From Phoronis australis (Eukaryota > Animalia > Phoronida): 64,000 bases of DNA. Positions 36,852 to 50,525 of the stretch are shown one piece after another; the stretch's first letter is position 1, and every line of letters begins with the position of its first letter. Under the pieces are notes generated by a model, which saw only the letters and a list, made by a program, of their open reading frames with translations, was not told the DNA's origin and did no database searches. The stretch lies in NCBI GenBank assembly GCA_002633005.1, contig NMRA01000666.1, positions 124,001 to 188,000 of the forward strand. The letters are read 5' to 3'. The translations under genes and the position numbers were made by a program.

Positions 36852-39748
36852 TTTCGGACCGACCCGAATACGGCTGTGCCCATAGTAGCAATTTTATTTT
36901 TTTACGTTTGCCTCTGTATCTTCAAAGATCCTCAAACGATTTTCATGAAATTTGGCACATAGGCATCTATTAATGAGGTGACGCTATCCGTCCGTTTTCG
37001 GATCGATTCGGGGTATTCTGTGCCATCTAGTGTCCATTTTTAGTATTTTTGAGACCGTTTTTAGGCGTCCGCCTCTATGTCAACCAAACCACTCAAAGGA
37101 TGATTGCAAAAATGGGCATGTATCTTCTTACTTTGAAGACGACGGTTGGCGTTGATTTTACGACTTCGACTACTGTGGCTCCTCCTGGTGGCAGTTTTGT
37201 TTGTTTTTGCGCCCATGGCTGTATCTCCTAAACGCTCTACAGGATCTTTATTAAATGCAACAAATGTGTTATATGAAGTTGACAACGGACGACGACAACT
37301 TTCGGACAGCTCGGGATACAGGTTTGTTCCACAGTGGCAATTTTAGTTTTCTTACGGTTACCTCTGTATCTTCAAAGGTCCTCGATGGATTTCCATAAAA
37401 TTTGACACTATAGGCATCTATTAATGAGGTGACGCTATCCTTCCGTTTTCGGATGGATTCGAGGTATTTTGCGCCACCTAGTGGCCATTTTTACTGTTTT
37501 CGATTCTGTTTTTTTTTTTTTGGCGTCCGTCCCTCCATCAACCAATCCACTCTAAGAATGATTGTAAAAATTGGCATGTATGTTCTTACCATAAAGAGGA
37601 CAATTGACGAAGTTATTCCGATGACTCCGACTATTATGGCGCCTTCTAGTGGCAGTTTTGCGCCCAGACGTACCTGTATCTCCTAAGCCTCTGCAGAATC
37701 TTTATTAAATTTAGCACGTGTATTTATATGAAGATAACAAGGGAAGACGACGACTTTCAGATGGGTCCGACTAACACTTCTCCGTAGTGACAATTTCATT
37801 TTATCTGTTTTCTTCTGTTTCTCTGAAGTTCCTCGACGAATTTTCATGAAATTTGTTAAATAGCTTTCTTTTAAAGAAACGGTGACATTTTTCGGTTTTC
37901 AGACGGATTCGACGTATTTTGCTCCATCTAGTGGCCATTTTTACTGCTTTCTAGCCTGTTTTTGGCGTCCACCCTCTATCAACCAAACCACTCTTTGGAT
38001 GATTGTGAAAATTGGCTTATGTATTGTTAATGTGAAGAGGGCGGTTGACGATGATTTTCTGTCTTCAATTACTGTGGCGCCTCCTAGTGGCATTTTTAGT
38101 CCTTATCTGTATCTCGTAAGCCGTCTGCAGAATGTATATTAAATTTAGCAAGTGTATTTATATGACGTTGACAACGGAAGACGACAACTTTCAGACGGAT
38201 CCGATGAATGCTTTGTCCCCCAGTGACAATTTTATTCTTTCCGTTTTGCTAAAGTTTCTTAACGGATTTTCATGAAATGTAGTAAATAGCTTTCTGTTAA
38301 AAAACGGTGACATTTTCCAGTTTTTTGATGGATTCGAAGTATTTTGCACTATCTAGTGGCCATTTTTATGACACAAATAAACACCTTAGAAGCACACCGT
38401 TTGCAGAGCATTCGTGGGCGCATTTCAACGCTCCGCGTTGCACTTGTTACCTTTTTACCCACTTACCCCCCTGCATGATTTGCTGCACGTTCAGAAACTT
38501 TTTTAAAAGTTGAAATCTTAGTTTGCCTCCCTCTCCCTCGCCCGTCCCTAGGTGAACGTATGATTTGCTGCCACTCAGAAACTTTTTTGAAAAGTTAAAA
38601 CTTAGTTGTCATCTACCTCTTAAAAAGTGGTCCGTGGCGTTATCTTTTCTACATTAATTCACGTTAAATCTGGACGTCATTAAACATAAAAATCTAAACG
38701 GGATTTTCAACGTTTGAGTCATTTTTCCACTCACAGGGTTGATTTTTCAAAGTCGAGCAGTGCTGTGTTCTAGACTTTCGTACTCATGTGTTCACGTGCT
38801 TTCCAACAAGAAGGCACAAATCTATCGGCCGATCCTATGGTCTGAAAGAGCCTCATGAGAACGCTTGTCAGAGGTCCCATTAACTTTCGTCCAAATCATA
38901 CCCCGCCTATCTCACGGTTATCTGGTTGTAAGCCAACATGCGGAATGATGAACTGAGCAAACATCGATTTCCGGTATCGCCGACTCATGCGCGCACCCAG
39001 CCTAAAATAGACGGCCGGGGCTCGAATCCTTCGGTATACGGACCTTTCACTGAAAAAATTACCGAGGACTAAAAAAACGAGGCTACTAGGGTACAGGTCT
39101 GCCAATCGTGCATCCGCGACGAATTCCTGTGGACTTTTTGGACTTTTGTCTCGTTTACTCGGACTTTTTATTTCACTGAGGCGGAGCTTTTTGCCCAATT
39201 CATCAAATTGGGGGCTCATTCGATTCCCTCCCCCCCTTGGGTGCGCCCATGCGTCTTTGAAAACTACCCTTTCTCTCAGTCACTCTTCATTTCACTGCGT
39301 CTTTGCACTATATAAGTTCCGGTACTGAATTATTAAACAATCCAAAAAATCGAAGAGCAAATAGACTAAGTCTTAGTCTCGAAAGGCTAATTGGTTTGTT
39401 TAAACCGTTGTGGTTCTAGGTGCGGCGCGGCACGCTCCGGTCAATTTGTTTAGGGTTGAACGTTGTCTGTTATGGTCACACAGCGCCAGCATTGTTCAGA
39501 GACAAAGGCTTGTAAATATGTTCGCCATACCTGAATGGGACTTCTGTTAGGGAGGGCTGTAAAACGCATAATGGAACTGAACAACAGCTGAGAGCAGGCG
39601 GCATTTGTTTAGCGAGGCGGTCAGAACGTCTCTGACATTCCGAGGCAATATTTCCTGCAGCTCTTCCGTCTGCAGTGAGGTGAGTGAATGAGAACATATT
39701 ATGTCGTACATCGGGTGGATGACCCACTGAGTCCCAGCCATTCATAAG

Positions 39749-40021
39749 TCTGCAGGTAATGCAGACAGTTACAAGGAGTGTGTGGCTCCCGTACCAGGGG
39801 TGTCTGACACAAGACTCCGCCTCCCACCCCGACTTTGGTCTATGTGTTGCCGCTACACTACACAGTACCAAACATGTTACGTCTGCAGGTCATGTACGCA
39901 GTTACAAAGGAGTGTGTGGCTCCCGTGCCACGGGTGTTTTTACTTCGGGACCCAAGACTCCGCCTCCCACCCCGGTTTTTGGTCTATGTGTTAGCAGCTT
40001 TACAACACGGTACCAAACATG
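39749..40021. repeat. Tandem duplication of a unit of about 135 bp
   Basis: TCTGCAGGT...GTGTGTGGCTCCCGT...CAAGACTCCGCCTCCCACCCC...GTACCAAACATG occurs twice. Confidence 0.8.
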
Positions 40022-42413
40022 TTTTCTGACCAACTTAATCCATTACCAAGTATTTACTGTAGGCAAATCCCTTATTGTGAGGTAACGTCTATACTATTAC
40101 TGGACACCTTACTCTTATGTGGACTATTATTTGCATGAAGTCATTGTATACATGAAGTCGACATGGAAAGGAAACGGCCAGGGGGCACTCCACCGTATTG
40201 TATGTTGACTTTCGTAGGACACCTGTTTGAGAAGTTTGAATTATGGGTTCTTACAACATGTAGGTACCCACGAGTAAGAAGGGTTGGATTCGTGATTATC
40301 AACTCCTCAAACGTGAAAATCTCAAACATGTACTTCTTAATACATGGATAATAATCCCAAGAGCTAACACTTTCGAATTACTGCATCTCGTAAACTTTGT
40401 CGCGTCATTTCCGGGACTCTGGACACTAGGAAAGAGCATTGGGGCAAAGGCGGTGGGTGGCATTGGTTCGGGTAACGTATGTTGCGATTAGTTCCAAGGA
40501 GGCGGGCCGTTTGTTTTGTCGGGTTACTTGTCTAGGTCGAAGAGCAAACAATGACCGTTTGGATTGCTATTATTGTGTTATTGAAGAGTAATTCAATAAG
40601 TATTGATTCTTGTGCCACTTATAATTCTCAAAATGAATCAGCTGTTTTAATCCCATCTGTTGCAAAATGCGTAATACGTATTCATTCGAAAATGGTACAG
40701 TACATTGGCGATAATCTAAAGGCAGGGTCAGTGTACTACCGTTGTTTCAAGGATTGAGAAAACAACATAAACTTTTTTACTTATCGAAAGTAAGATCGCA
40801 GAAGTTCACGGTAAGTTAAATATCTGCAAGCAGAATTGATATCGCCTGTTTATTTTCTTACTTAAGCAGTATCCGTGCCCATGGCAATCGTTTTCGTGGC
40901 AATGGAATTATTGTGCCGACTCTTTGTATTTCCCAGGTACCCTAACGTCAGCAGTGTGTGTGCGCATGTACCTTAGACACTTTCCTTTGGTTTATGGGGG
41001 CACAGAACAGTTCTCACAAGGGTTTGCCTATCAAAACACACGTCAAAGGACTCGTTACTTTTTCCTCATTCTGTCAAAAACTGCGTACAAATAACGAAAA
41101 GTTTTGAGCAATTTCACATCAGAAGCCCTATAGATGAGCATAGAAACTTTATTCTCTCTTGGATTTTAGACCCTTTCACTTTTACTGAAAAGCAAGATAG
41201 ACTAAGAAAGAAGTGGCAAAAAACGCAAAATCGTCACTTTTCACCCCAAAACCACCACTTCCCTGCGCGCCGATGGTCGACTAAAGCCAACATTAGATTT
41301 TGAAAGCAAATTTCCTACCAATTCCAAAAATGTGTTCCAAAATTACCGTCAACCAACTAGTTTTTGTTTTGGCAAATCTGGCTTGTTTGAGAGCTACCTG
41401 AAATCGCAGCCAACTTCTCTGTCACTACCCAGCAATGCACAACTGCAACAGGGCGGCGACATCTTAAAGAGCAGCACAGCTGCAGCCGGGCCTGTGGTCT
41501 TTTTTCATTCTCAACATGATCACAAATACAAACAAACTACATTCACTTGACCTACTTGCAATAGCTAACTAAAAGAACCCCCAAGCCTGGCCTATCCCTA
41601 GATTTTAATATTTCGGGAGTGCTGATTCTTTCTGATATAGGGGCACGTGCCCGGATACTCACATTGATGGTATTTCTTGTTCACAAAACGTTCTTATTTT
41701 AGTTGTTCCTAGATTGAAGAGACTTTATGCTATGCTGAAAAATAAAAACTGTGGTCTGGATTCATTATAGCTACAGTGTATGATGAACTTTCAGTCAATT
41801 ACGTGACAGTCGACAAAGTGCACGTATAACTTCAAAACGGTTTTTAACAAAAAAACAAGCACTCTTCGTCCCAGTGTAAAACACTAATTTATTTCCTGGG
41901 AATGCCGTGCAACATGAAGTTAATCGAAAGGTCAAATGTACATTATACCGTAATCTTCCTGACGATAGATACGAATGCCTTAATGCTATAACGTTCCCTT
42001 TACGTTCTACATTACTTAGAAGCCAAAGAATATGGAGTGCCTTGCTGTTTCAGTCAAAAATGACATCACCAGGATAAAACTGTCACCAATGTATGCAAGG
42101 AATGCGATTCTCCACCACTTATAAGTGTACAAGTAAAAATTTTTTTATGGTTGCAGGAGTTATGTTTTAGAAGTCGCGCCAAGGGGTCAAGTAACCAGTG
42201 CTGTAAGCAGTTCATCTGCTGTCACGACAGCTTCTGTACTTGACGTTTACAGTGACTTAAGTATTACGGATGACCGGGGCGTATTTTCAAAGGTAAGAGC
42301 TGTTAAACTAACTCTCCAAAACAAAGCACTACTTTTTTATATGGCGTACTATTATGAAACTGAGTTTCGAATTGTCTCTTTGTCAAATCGGAGGTATTTC
42401 TAGACTTCGAAAA

Positions 42414-42600
42414 ACTGCCTAGCAGCTCGTTATTGCTTGATACCTGGCGTGCATTCAGTAACGCTAGAAACTACAATAGTACCATAGCTAAAACCTAGCC
42501 AAATTCACGCTCTTTTATTTGAAGTACACGGCAATATCTCACATAATCTCGCCAAGTCTTGCTTTTTAGCGAGTAACTAGCCTTACTGAACGGGAGGCAG
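42414..42600. mobile_element. Small MITE-like dispersed repeat, shared with 62634-62749
   Basis: 42485-42600 is highly similar to 62634-62749. Ends CTGCCT...TTCAGTAACGCTAG and CTAGCCTTACTGAACGGGAGGCAG are partly inverted. Confidence 0.6.
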
Positions 42601-43643
42601 GCTTTAGGCTAGCAATTAAGTTGATTTGTCAAGATAGTTGATAATTGTGATTGCATGAATAATGTTTAGTATCCCCTGAAGACCCACGCAGCAGCATCAA
42701 GACGAAATTCAAACTGGTATTATGTTACGGTAAAAATTCCGTAGCTTGGAACATTCTCTAAATTTGGGACCATGAAATTTAAGTCAAAATTAACTTGAAT
42801 TTTCTTCATTCTGAAGATTGGGACATGCGTAATTTGGCCTTCAAAGTGTTTCCCAACTATCGGACACTGCCTTTTGTATCAACAAAGTTAGATAAAGTTG
42901 TCGAAAACAACTCGTCTTTCTAGTATTTCGTAAATCTAGGACGGGCGATTCTGCCTACCTCTAAAATTTGGAACAAGCTCCGATAATCAGCAAAATAAAT
43001 TATTTTTCAGTTCTAATCTGCAAAATGTTTACCATAGATGAAGCGTATTTTCCCGTTGAGACAGTCTGTAAATCCCTTTCATCATGTCTCATGAGGAACA
43101 CTAACTTGCCGCATTAAACTTTACAAACAAGTGCTCAACTCTAGAACATGAAACAAACAATGGACGCCAAGACGTGGCGTTGCCTAATGGTTCGTGTCTC
43201 TCTGACACTGATAATGAAAAGATTAAAAACGACCCCGAGGCGAGCACTTCTGGAACTCGGCGTGGGCGTAAATCGTTTCTGTCTTCTGACTAAAGGTTGT
43301 AAATCACAAAACAGAACTAAAATTAATCTGGGGTTTTGATTCTGCTTCGTGTCTGTGTAATTATAAATTTCTAATTTAGAAAATTGATCTTGATATATCC
43401 AGCTTGGGGGGAAATTGCAATCATCACCTATGGGCAATTTTAAGAATGGCCGGAATATCCTTGCAATGAGAAGAGCAGCTCTTTGCAGACCAATGAGCTG
43501 TTCATTTGTTTCCATCGTTGGGCTCCTTCGCGAAAAGAGCCCTCTGGCAACCATTTTCAAATATAAAGGAAATCCTAATGTACCAGTAGTTCTCAATATA
43601 ATTATATTCGACATTCCGTTGACAAGAGCCAGATGCTAGAGAG

Positions 43644-43755
43644 GGCTTTTTGAAAATGTGGCTTTTTGAAAATGTGGCTTTTTGAAAATGTGGCTTTTTG
43701 AAAATGTGGCTTTTTGAAAATGTGGCTTTTTGAAAATGTGGCTTTTTGAAATTGT
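43644..43755. repeat. 16-bp tandem repeat, 7 copies
   Basis: Unit GGCTTTTTGAAAATGT. Confidence 0.92.
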
Positions 43756-44393
43756 AAGATTTCTAGATGTGATAAGTACGGAAAATATTTTTGTGTTGCA
43801 TGAAAACAGTCTCCGCTTCTTGCCAGCGCCTGGGTAACGAAGCTATACAGTATAAGACCGCAGGAGTAGGTGTTCAACTGGGTGCAGGGTCGAAAAGCGC
43901 TCAATGACTTTGTGTGCCCACAAATATATGGGTTGACGCAATATGCAGTCATCTCCGCCAAACGTTCGACCGGCGTTCGCTGCTGAATCTCCGATAAAGC
44001 AGTAATTGATTTATCAGGCGATTGTCTGCAGTATGAAGTTTCACGGGCGACTTCGGTATTTGTGCATTTTTTATGAAGTTTGGCAAATATGTTTCTATTG
44101 AAATTACGACGACACCTGGAATCGTCGTATTCTGCATACTCCAGAAAATATTCTTTTTTATTTTCGAGTATGTTTTGGTGTCCATCGTCTTTTCTTCCTA
44201 AGTGGTGAAAAGATCAAACTTTGGCAGATGTACTGGTAATTTGGTATTGGCGAGCCCACAGTTGACGCTGATTTTCGATTTGATAACGTTAATAATTCTC
44301 TGTAATTCATGTATCATAAAAATACTTCATCTAACAATATTACCGCAGGTACAACCGGACAAGACAAACTGGATTCAACTGATTTCTGGAAGC

Positions 44394-47300
44394 ATGAATG
44401 TCTCGAATGAGACATTTGCTAACTCTACATCACATTTCGATCGTAATGGCATCCTACAGGTTGCTTTCTACTGTATCCTGGTACCGGTCTCACTCGTCGG
44501 AAACGTGCTCACTATGTGCGTGTCAGTAAAGAGCGTGCGTCGAGCCAAAGTTAGTCGAATACCGGATGTGTTAATCGGATGCCTCGCTCTCAACGATTTG
44601 CTGTCCGTGTTGTGCATTCATTCCTTCACTATAGTGTCAATGATAGCTGGCTACTGGATACTGGGCGATATCGGCTGTCAATATATGTCATTCATGTCAT
44701 ACTCGTATTTTAAGTTCGGTTTCTGGTGTGTTTTGGCCATTGCTATCGATCGTAGTTATCGTCTGGTGAAGCCACTGCGATACCCCCTAGTTGCAACTTC
44801 CAAGAAGCTCAAAATTGCCATATCGGTTATCGTGGTGTTCAGTCTTGGATCGTCCCTGATCAATCCTGTTTTTGATCCTGGAACTGCTATTCTTCTAAAG
44901 ACGTGGTATGTGTGTTTTCCTGACTGGGAGGAGGGAAATCTGGTGCAACTAATTGTCGTTATTGGAATAACCAGCTTCTTCGTACCAGGGGTTATTGGAT
45001 TCGTCATCTGTTACATTCTCAACGCGGTCATGTTGTATCGGATTCAAAAGAATTCTGCTAGGATGCGCACGCCAGTGGCAAATACTAGTGATAGTACAGA
45101 TCTCCGCAAAAAGACCACGCTGGCAATGTTCTTCAAGAGAAACAAAATCCCAATGAGACGTAATCTCGGTAGCGAGAGTTCCACACCGGAGCTAACGAGG
45201 AATACGTCGGAAGGAACGCTAGCCATTAAAAAACGCATTCCAATTTTAAAAACACACCGCTCATCACCAGACATTAGATCTAGTCCAGTTAGGTCTGCCA
45301 ACGAGTGCCAGACCACGGCATCAAGTTCATGTCAGGCTGCGAGTGTTAATCTTGCATCAGGCTCAGATGTCAACACCTGCGAAGAATCGCCAAATTTAAG
45401 TACAACAAGGAGACTTGCAAACTGTGATAGTCAGCAGGTTCTCCAAGAAAGCTATATTTCCCAACTTGAGAGAAATAGAACGAAAACTGAGAAAAAGCGA
45501 GAAACCGCCGCAGCTCTTGGCTTTGCCAAATTGTCCCTGGTGATTGCAACAGTTTTCGCAGTGCTTTGGATTCCCTACGCGGTAAGTTGTCATGTAAGAG
45601 TGCAAGATGCTCAAAGCAGTGCTACTGCTGGTGTTTGTTACATGAAATTGTGGTAAAGACTTTGAGCACAACTTGATCTTACACTTCCACTTAGCAATGT
45701 TGCTGAAAATGGGTTTTAAATGCTCTTGGAAATAGTTTTATGGAGAAGACGAAATTTCTGACTTAAATCAATTTTCATCGAAAAGGCCCCTGGAATCCGA
45801 ATTACAGAGCGCCTACAATAACGGCAGTGTCTTGAGTCGAGATCATCCACACCAGTTTGGTTCATAATGCCGTCATCCCTGCCTCCCTATTCTTCGGATG
45901 GGTCTTTGTGAACAATTTGCAGATATTGTTAATCATGGAGAATACGATGCCTCGCAATCTAAGGATTGGCCCGACTACTACTTTTTGCTCGCTACCAAGG
46001 ATTTCCGAAAGACACAATCAAAGTCCCGTTAAAAATGAAAATTAACTTCTTGTCATGTTTTGTTTCAGGCAACCATAATTCTTGGTGTGGGCGGAGTGTT
46101 TGTTGCTGAGCAGAACCCGTTGGCTCAAGATATCGTTATTAAGTGTGTGTTCTTTAACGCCGCATCGAACCCGGTGCTATACGGAGTATTCAACAAACAT
46201 TATAGGGACGGATACATATATTTCGTTCGATTAGCAGTCTACTATTTGCTAATGAAACGATTGAAGAGACCAACCGGTGAGTAGGATCCCGAATGCACTT
46301 GTACCCCTGCTGTTTGCTAATAGCCATGTCCCGAATTCAACTTTCCCTCGTTGGCGAGGATACCGCAACGCTTCTGAGTGATTGACTTGGTTCTTGAAAG
46401 TGTGGGCGGATACACACTTCTGAGCCAGGTCAGGCATGAAGACGTAGGGTGTAACCCGTCACATCCAGCTAGTCAAGTTTTGGTGTCAGTACTGTAACTG
46501 ACAGTGCAACAAATAATATTAGCATGGAATGACGAATTCATACCAAAATGGGTTTGATGCAACACTGACCATCTGTGGCGCTGCATTGTGCATAAATACA
46601 GCTTAATCAAGCCTTTCTCTTTATATAGTAGTTTCATTCACATTTATAGTGGATAGTTGAGTTCTTAGAAAACAAAAGCTGAAATAAACTTTTTAAATGA
46701 GAGTGATAATGGTAAAACAGTTCAGTCAAATTGTTTGGCGTGGTACCAGCGTATACTGCGTCACCTGGTGTCCAACTTTATCATTTCGAGTCCGCTTTTT
46801 GGCGTCCATTTCTTTTATCTGCCAAATAGCTCAAAGGATCATTAATAAGAAGACCATGGCTGACATTGATTTTCGGCCTGGTCTGACAACTGTGGCGCCC
46901 CCTAGTGATAATTTTGTAGTTATTCGTCCATGGGTGTATGTCCTTGATCCTCAATATGATCTTTATGAACTTTTGCAAGTGATTTTCTACAAATGCAACA
47001 ACGGCTGCCCGCGATTGATGTGTTTGCCACTTTATCTTCAAATTTCCGACGGGTTTTTATGAAAACTGACAAATAAGTTTCTATTATTAAGACATTAGCA
47101 CCTTTCCAATTTGGGTTGGATTCGACCTATTCTGAGCCACCTAGTGGCCGTTTGGTCTGTTCTTGTCCTCTGTCTCTGTATCCGCCAAAGCGTTCAGAGG
47201 ATCATCGTGGAATCTGGAAGATGTGTTCCTACTGGCACGAGCACAACTGCCGTGGATTTTCAGTCTTATCCAATTACTGTGCTGCCCCTACTGTATTCCT

Positions 47301-49046
47301 ACTAACTCGACGGTTCCGACTGGACGGGTCCAACTGAACGGATCCGACTGGACGAGTCCGATTGAACTGATCCGACTACCGCTGTGCCTTCCTGGTGGCA
47401 GTTTATCACATCTGTCTGCATCTTTGCGGTTCCTTGACGTAGGCTACGTCATCTAATGGTCGTTTTTACATGATAGTACCCTTGGAAGCACATCGCTTGC
47501 AAAGCAGTCGTGGGCGTATTTCAACGCTCCGTGTACTTCTCGTCACAGAAGTTAAAAAAAAAAATTTTGAAAGATTTCGACGTCTTCACATTTTCAGACG
47601 GGTTTTAAATAATTTGCACAGTCTACCGTTCATCACAAGTTCTAATGAATACCCTAGAAGCATACTGTTTGCGTTGCTCTTGTTATAAGCATATACAATA
47701 CCAAACTCCTTGAAAAAGAAAAGATGAGGCGCGTTCCGTAAGGCTAGCCACACTAACGAGACAGTTACAGTCGTTTCATTTAATGGCTCGAATATGGTGC
47801 TTGAAATGGTTCAAGGTGTTTGTATTCACCACTAAATTTCAGGTTATTTGTCAACTCCGCTAGTGTTTTACTGAGTAACGGTGAAAGTTTTGTTTTGCAA
47901 TAACGCCAATTCAAATTTTAAAATGCATTTCATAAATAATAAACGATTTTTCAGTGCATGTAAAAACAATTAATAAAATACTAGCACACTTTGTGTCTTT
48001 CATCTTTGCTCCAAAGTTTAAGGTACTCAGCCTTCCCGTTTACAGCGAAACACGGAGGCGAGTGGTGGCTTTGTTGCGGAAGAGGGTCAGCCACGCTTGG
48101 TGTCCTGCCTGCATGTAAACTATGGAAATGTCACGTCTGTTTTTCGCTCGTTATTTTTAGAAAATTTGTAAAATATACATATCTTCCACATGTGTAAGTT
48201 CAGTTTGAAATTCATGATACTTTCATATATGTCGTAGAAATGTTTATCCTATGGTAAGATGATATCATTTAAGAAAGACCACTAGCTACAAAAAGCAGGA
48301 TGTTAGTCGTTTATCACTCCACAATGATGACTTTTTGCGGACCCGTGTTTGAGAGTCAGTAAACTACGTTCACATGTCCTCCAGCCGAGTTTATCAGTAC
48401 ATGTACTTGAGCCGTGTTTTGCAGTATTTGTATTCGGTGATTTTTTACCATTGCAGATCCACTCAGCCGAAAAAGGTACAACCTTACTGGGATTTTGTCA
48501 AAGATGACGGATACTATGAGAACGGCAGAGGCAATAACTAACATCTTACCGTCGTCTTCCGGAGACATGGCGAACGAACCTTCTCCGCGAGGCGAGACAG
48601 GCAGTGATCTAGAAGCAGGCAACGAATCTGAATCGTCAAATGGTGCTTGTGAAAACGTTGTAGAAACTCCAGCAACAATAACAGATACCTCGGTTAATTC
48701 CGCCAATGACAACTATGTAACACGAGGCATTGTAGTGGAAAATAGAGGTTGTATAAACGTAGGGTTCCTGGTGTTACCTGTGATAGACAACTCACGATTA
48801 AAGACCGTAATTCGTTTCGAGGAAGATGAATCGCGAGTGATACAAATGGGTGTGTTAGAATTGCCTGCAGTGAAATTCACGAATGCCAACCTGGGGGAAA
48901 GTAAAGAGTACGACATTCCATGCGATTCGATTAAAAGTTCGATTTATAACAATTCGAATGAGGTCGGTATGTCAAGATCTACAGTTTATCATTGTCTAAG
49001 GAAGTCTGACAAAGGTTCACATTGTGAAGACAGTACTTGCCTATGA
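44394..49046 (+). CDS. Rhodopsin-family (class A) GPCR, orphan, 661 aa, with long ICL3 and long C-tail
   Basis: Exons 44394-45581, 46069-46276 and 48457-49046 are GT-AG and phase-consistent. An acceptor at 44348 precedes the ATG. Features are an N-glycosylated N-terminus, TM1 GN, TM2 LALND, TM3 C...DRS, ECL2 CFPDW, TM6 LWIPY and TM7 NPVLY. Confidence 0.88.
46780..47540 (+). mobile_element. Second, more degenerate copy of the Helentron/DINE-like family in GPCR intron 2
   Basis: Similar to the 36900-38448 units (GGCGCCCCCTAGTG, GAGCCACCTAGTGGCC), with the same 3' end GTGGGCGTATTTCAACGCTCCG at about 47510. Includes a short tandem repeat at about 47310-47377. Confidence 0.6.
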
Positions 49047-49629
49047 CAGTGTCGAACAACTGTGCCTGTAAACACGTGCTATTGTCTATCAGAAAACGTA
49101 ATACTAAAGATTAAACTTTTTTGGAGTCTTCCGCAATGGCAATCTGAGACTGGCAGGTGATGTTTACAGTTAATTACCTGCAACTGTCTAGAAGTTAGCT
49201 GTATTTTTGTACATCATGGTGTTTCCAATGTAGGCTTATATTTGTTACTTTTTTACTTTTCGGTGGAAAAAGAGAAAACCACCTGGTAAAACAACCGTGC
49301 ATTTGTATGTAAACGAAAGTTGGAGTTTATTAATAGTAATGAAATGGCAAAAGAACCGTTCCACGTATCTTGTGTTAGACCCCAGTTTTAGGTGTTGAAA
49401 AATATTGGATACTACCAGATTTCGATGCAGCAGAGACGCTTTCGTTTCTCTTTTTGAAACAAAATGCGCTTATATATGTGCCATCTTGCCAATGTGTAAG
49501 CCCCAAACGAAGATTGTCTTGCCACTGCTGCGTCACAAATTTATGTTTTAGAATATCACTTTGGTTACTGAATGTTCACGTGTGAAAATTGCGCGAATGT
49601 TTAAAGAAGCAGCACGTAACTGCTTGTGC

Positions 49630-49725
49630 TATGTTTTATATGTTAGTATCAATATTGTTTTATATGTTAGTATCAAAACTGTTTTATATGTTAGACTCAA
49701 TATTGTTTTATTTGTGAGTATCAAT
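49630..49725. repeat. About 24-bp tandem repeat, 4 copies
   Basis: Units resemble TGTTTTATATGTTAGTATCAATAT. Confidence 0.7.
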
Positions 49726-50525
49726 GTTGTTTCAGTTTCTGTTGATATGATTTTATTTTGACAAGACTTTTTTGTTTTTGAATCAATTCGTTTTCATTCG
49801 ACTTCTGCAGGATCACCAAAAAGCTTTCGATATTTAATACACAAGCAAATCCAACTCTTAAACGGAGTAGGAGTAATTTTTTCTTACGAGTTTCGGTTGT
49901 TCTCACGCACCAAGAGTATTAATTTTGTAGATTGCTTCTTTTTTCGACATTCCCAGGTTTTCTTACAAACAGCGTTTTTTCCTCAGAAAGTTAAATAAAT
50001 TTAATGAAGAATTGGTCATTATCTGACAACTTGAGACATGGGAGCATGGCATGTGACGAAAATCAATTTTCCGTCGGTGATGCAAATTTATCATGTGCAC
50101 ATGTACAAGTTTAAAAAACTAGAATAACGAGACCACGAAAGTGACTTCCAATCGATCCCCGACTCAGATTTGATGAACTGAAATTCATTTATCAGATAGT
50201 GGTTAGAGGAGTAAATTCCACTGTCAGCACAGTCAACGGAATTTTGTTGTTTTAGATGTATTGGGCTTACCAGGTACTCTTAACAAAGCCTTAGCAAAAT
50301 AATAAAACGCGAGTTTAATCACGCAAATGGTGTTTTATCGGTTACAACTAAAGATTATCTTGATAAGATGAAACATTTGAGGCAATTACAGTATATTACA
50401 AGCGCAGACATGTCATATAAAACTGTTAATTTGCACAGAACCAAACTTCAGGACTTCTTTACATTTCCGAAGTTTACGTGGTTTCACTTAGTAGTTAGGT
50501 TCACTATGTCCACATTTTGACATTC

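Larger units (their letters stand above)
33836..38448 (+). mobile_element. Non-autonomous Helentron/DINE-like element with internal tandem units of about 450 bp, interrupted by a nested insertion
   Basis: 5' end has a T-run plus hairpin TATGCACCC...GGGTGCATA (33840-33875). The core has AAATTTGGCA motifs. The 3' end has subTIR GTGGGCGCAT (38414), hairpin CAACGC-TCC-GCGTTG and CACTTGTT. Units start at about 36911, 37361, 37812 and 38245. Confidence 0.65.

Noticed and set aside
43141-44185. Minus-strand ORFs, one with a QLNTYSCG motif reminiscent of Ulp1 proteases
   Set aside because: No catalytic His/Asp context was found, the frames are broken, and part of the ORF is made by a 16-bp tandem repeat.
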